Translations under genes and position numbers: made by a program
Shown here: in pieces, positions 60,000 to 64,000 of the stretch
Layout: the number at the start of each line of letters is the position of its first letter
How positions within the stretch are numbered: the first letter of the stretch is position 1
Source of the DNA: the human T2T-CHM13v2.0 reference genome, Homo sapiens
Assembly (NCBI RefSeq): GCF_009914755.1
Contig: NC_060947.1
DNA length: 64,000 bases
Direction: 5' to 3' (one strand)
Notes under the pieces: generated by a model
Seen by the model: the letters and a program-made list of their open reading frames with translations, nothing else
What the model was told of the DNA's origin: nothing
The model's database searches: none

Positions 60000-61630
60000 T
60001 CAGGCAATGAGACTAGCATGGTCAGGGAAATCTGAAAACAGGTTGTTGGTGTAACTTTGCTTTTATTCCATCATATTTTCTTTCTGCTTTTACGATCTCT
60101 TCTCTTCTGAGCAGGTGAAGAATTCTGTAAATTCAAGTGTAAATTATAATATAGGCAAATTGTAAATTATAAGTGCATTTAAATTTTATATTTGTGTGTA
60201 TGTATATATATACACACATACATATGTATATTGCATATTACATACTCTCTTTTTTGAAAATAAATTTATTGTATATATTTAAGTTATACAACATGATGTT
60301 ATAAGTTACATATGTAGCAAAATATTTACTATAGTGGAATAAATTTACATATTCATCATAACACATAGTTACTCATTTTCCCCCTCTGGCAAGATGAGTT
60401 ATAATCTACTCCTTTAGTAAAAATCCTATAGACAATACAGTATTATTAACTATCGCCTTTAGAATATACATTAGATCTTTAGATTTATTCATCTACATAT
60501 TTGTTATTTTTATATCCTTTGATGTACATCTCCCCCTTTCCTACCCACCACCCCCTCCCTGGGAACTACTGTTTTATTCTCTATTGCTATATATTTGAAC
60601 ATTAAAAGATGCCATTAAATATTCTCTTTTAATTTTTCTTCTTCTTTGGTAATAAAAATGGTAATCATATTTTTAACAGAATCTCTTTCTTCTCTCTTCC
60701 TCCCTGCCCACTTATCTCACTGTAAACTTCTGACTTCAAATTTGCAAACCTCTTTAAATGTCCAACAAAGTGATTTACACTGGGATCACAGTAGACTGTA
60801 GAAATATTGGGGCCAACGAACTTAATATACTTGGTAGTTTATGAACTTGAAGTGAAGTCCAGTCCCATGAGCTTCAGATTGGCTTCCACCAGCAGCTGCC
60901 TGAGGCAATTTTGGGAAACTCTTTCCAGCAAAATCAGCAGCTCTTGGTGACAGTAGGTGGCCATTGCACTCCTTGCAACATTTCCAAGGGGTAATTCTTC
61001 AAACCAGTTTTGTCCCACAAAGAGCTGACTCTGTTCCCTGCTTAAGAACATCTCCAATGTCTGTGAATTTTTATGCACCTTGGTGTTCAGTCCTGTTGAA
61101 AGATCAGGAAACCAACTTATGTAATATCAAATTCCTTGCTATATGGTATTCAACTTTTTCTTCAGCATGTATATGGATATTACTGCTAAACTTTCAATAG
61201 CACTGTATACATTTTGCATATATAAGATACTTACCTTTGATTCTTTTCTTTGCTGTGACTTATTTACTGAAAGTTAAAAAGCAAATTGGCTTATTTCTGA
61301 AACCTGAAAACCATACCGATGTCTTTTATTAAAAGCTCTTGAATTACAAAGTAAAAAAGCAAAGAACAATTTTGATGTGTGGCATGTTAAAAATACTTCC
61401 CATAGACCATCTACGTAGGAAGGATCTATAACCAATGAGGGACATGGGAAGCTGTTGAAGACACAAGCTGAGCAAGTTACAGAAGAAAACCTCCAGGGGA
61501 CTTTGTAAGTGTTAACAAGGTAAGATGATTCTATAGCATTGATTTAATAAATGCATACTGAGGACTGTTCGTTGTTTTTGACTGGGTTTGGTTTCTAGTG
61601 TTTCCAGGCCATTCTTAATTGCCATCATAC
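60000..61630 (-). pseudogene. Candidate unprocessed pseudogene of a multi-RRM RNA-binding protein (A1CF/RBM46/RBM47/SYNCRIP/DND1 family)
   Basis: Exon 61337-61235, GT-AG intron 61234-61093 and an exon from 61092 splice to NKPICFLTFSK*VTAKKRIKGLNTKVHKNSQTLEMFLSREQSQLFVG, gapless against the recalled family RRM1-RRM2 junction. Downstream remnants YIKFVGPNISTVYCDP and HLLRREEIVKAERKYDG. Stops and frameshifts present. Confidence 0.62.
60250..60600 (-). mobile_element. L1MA8/9-like 3' end
   Basis: tttattgtatatatttaagttatacaacatgatgtt...tacattagatctttagatttattcatctacat; TSD-like at(a/t)ctctttt. Confidence 0.8.
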
Positions 61631-62371
61631 AGTTCTTAATAATTACACAGTTGTGTAAATAGGAGTGATTTTAGAGAGTCCAGGAATCCAGAGCCACGTA
61701 ACCACCCGAAAGTGAGGCTCTGAGACAAGATGACCATTCTCCTGCTCTTCCAGGCTCCATTGCCAGAGGTAACAAGGAAGCTTCAGGAATGCAGACAGCC
61801 CTAACCTGCAGCACTCACATCCTCGCTCCCCCTGTGGCCTGACGTCCCATTTCTCTGTGTTTATCAGTCATACAATAGCACTAGCTTACAGGTCAGCCCA
61901 CTTCACCTCCTGGACTCCAATATTCTACGGTAGCAATCTGTCGGTCCATCTCCTTCCTGTACACAACTTCTGAGATCCTCCCACTGCCCCTTGGAATTAG
62001 AAAGCTCTTCCTGTTACTACTGGTTCTAAAACTCTCCCTCCGGGACATCACCTCCCCTGCAGCTGTTTAAGGCTCTGAGTTGGGTGCAGCAGGCAGAAGA
62101 ATTGCCTCAAAGCCTTGTACTGGAGCTGGAATTAGTTTCCACATTTGCCTTGTTCCAGTTTTCACCCTCACACCACTTGCCATATGGCTTCTTAAGCCAC
62201 CCAGCTTTAGATGTCATACCATCTGATTATATCGATTTCATTATTCTATAATCTTATGACATGAAATTTTATCACCCTCTTTTACTGGCACTCAAATTAG
62301 TCCCTTTCATTTCTCAACATTGTACCTCCTGCTTAATTCTCATCATCTCCAATTATACTCCCCACCTAATT

Positions 62372-62685
62372 CTTTTTTGTTTTCTTTTGAGCAGGGTCTA
62401 GCCCTGTGGCCCAGGCTGGAGTGCAATGGTGCAATCATGGCTCACTGCAACCTGGAACTCCTGGGCTCAAGTGATCCTCAGGCCTCAGCCTCCTGAGTAG
62501 CTGGGACTACAGGCATGTACCAGCATGCCCAGCTAATTATTTTATTTATTTATCTTATTTTTTTTGTACAGACTGGGTCTTCCTATGTTACTTAGTCCTA
62601 TATCAAACTCCTGGCCTCAAGTGATCCTCCCACCTCAGCCTTCCAAAGTGCTGGTATTACAGGTGTGAACCACTTTGCCCAGGCT
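62372..62685 (-). mobile_element. AluJ within L2-like remnants (~62200-63500)
   Basis: Reverse Alu dimer; C/T-rich flanks resemble L2. Confidence 0.85.
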
Positions 62686-63616
62686 TCATTTTTGATATTA
62701 GCATACATACATATAATTTTTCAACACCTTCACCCTTCAGTTCTTGAAAATCTTACCTCCAATGACTTTTTTCTCTACTTCACCTAATTCCTTACATATT
62801 ATAATTTCTAATAAGCACCACTCCTTTATAATCTTAATAATACAACATCCCCTTTCTAATAACTACAATCTTTGCAGCTCACCACTGCCAGTCTCCCATA
62901 GCTTTTCAGAACATCATTGACCCCACCAGCATACCCCATCCACAGAGCCTAACAAAAGTTCACTGAAACACGCCTTCTTTTTTTCCTATTTCCCCACTGA
63001 AATCCCATGACCTAACATCATAATCACTCCAATGCCAGTTCCCCGAATCTCTTGCTTCTGTCTTGCTTTGTTTTGTACTAGGTTGCAACCACAATTCGGG
63101 TTAAATAAAACTCTACCTACACCCCATTGGCCTTCATCCATGTACACAAATAACCGTACCAACTGCTCAGATTTTATATTCCTGATTCAGGAGCTCCAAG
63201 TGGGGCTTCCGGGTGCTCCTGCTATACTTTCCCAGTCTATGAATCCTTCAACTCTTTCCGAGAGATGTTTTGCAGTTTCCTTTCCTGGAATCCCAACACT
63301 TACTCTGCTAATCAGGAGATTAAGTTCTCTTTCAAAGGAAGGGGTGACACACAAGCTTCCATGGGCTTCCACCTGCACATTCACCAAGCTACCAACAAGT
63401 CAACTTACCTGTTCTTCCCTGTGGTTTCTTAATGCGGATGAATGGTACATGTATTTCCTCTAAACACAATCCCTTCATCTGCACAATGGATTCTCTCTTC
63501 TCTTTTCTTTTCAAAAATACAGCTATTTGACTGGTGCCCTAATGAAACCTTTCCATCCACATGAGCACACAAAATTTGTCATATTTTCTATCTTTTAAAA
63601 CAATTATCTTGATTCT

Positions 63617-63682
63617 TGCTATGGTAAGAATTTTTGTGTCCTCTGAAATGTATATGTTGAAATCCTAACCCTCATTGCAATG
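63617..63682 (+). mobile_element. MLT1 LTR 5' start, interrupted by THE1
   Basis: tgctatggtaagaatttttgtgtcc...atatgttgaaatcctaaccc. Confidence 0.7.
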
Positions 63683-64000
63683 TGTATTAGTCTGTTCTCA
63701 CACTGCTAATAAAGACATACCTGAGACTGGGTAATTTATAAAGGAAAAGGGTTTAATGGACTCAGAGTTCCACATGGCTGGGAAGGCCTCACAATCATGG
63801 AAGAGGCGAATGAGGAGCAAAATCGTGTCTTACATGGTGGCAGGCAAGAGGGCTTGTGCAAGGGAACTTCCATTTATAAAACCATCAGGTCTCATGACAC
63901 GTATTTACTACCATGAGAATAGTATTGGAGAAACTGCCCCAAGAATTCAATTATCACTACCTGGCCCCACCCTTGGCACATGCGGATGATTGCAATTCAT
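63683..64000 (-). mobile_element. THE1B/C LTR (runs off the window end)
   Basis: tgtattagtctgttctcacactgctaataaagacatacctgagactgggtaatttataaagg. Confidence 0.92.

Noticed and set aside
60940-61070. Gla-domain-like reading (MFLSREQ...FEELPLGNVAR...YC)
   Set aside because: Needs compensating frameshifts and lacks most Gla glutamates. The RRM alignment covers more sequence, crosses the intron without gaps and extends on both sides.

Overview
Primate, most likely human, non-genic AT-rich genomic DNA, inferred from AluY/S/J, L1PA/L1M, THE1/MST/MLT1, LTR12, LTR8, PABL-like, Tigger/MER and MIR/L2 content. I can support no intact protein-coding gene. The long ORFs in the track come from a stop-free AT-rich VNTR (18.8-20.1 kb), from repeats, or from a full-length HADHB processed pseudogene (minus strand, 21554-23559, with TSD and disabling mutations). 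The most interesting signal lies at ~60.0-61.6 kb on the minus strand: a degenerate, intron-containing fossil whose spliced translation aligns without gaps to the RRM1-RRM2 junction of the A1CF/RBM46/RBM47/SYNCRIP/DND1 family, with further RRM2-end and RRM3 remnants in the expected order. The window also holds locally templated rearrangements (a ~1.07-kb decayed palindrome, a 138-bp hairpin, an inverted copy spanning an LTR junction, a displaced 209-bp duplication), an MLT1-terminus minisatellite and deeply nested LTRs. Repeat subfamily names and reference protein alignments are from recall and need RepeatMasker/BLAST/HMMER confirmation.
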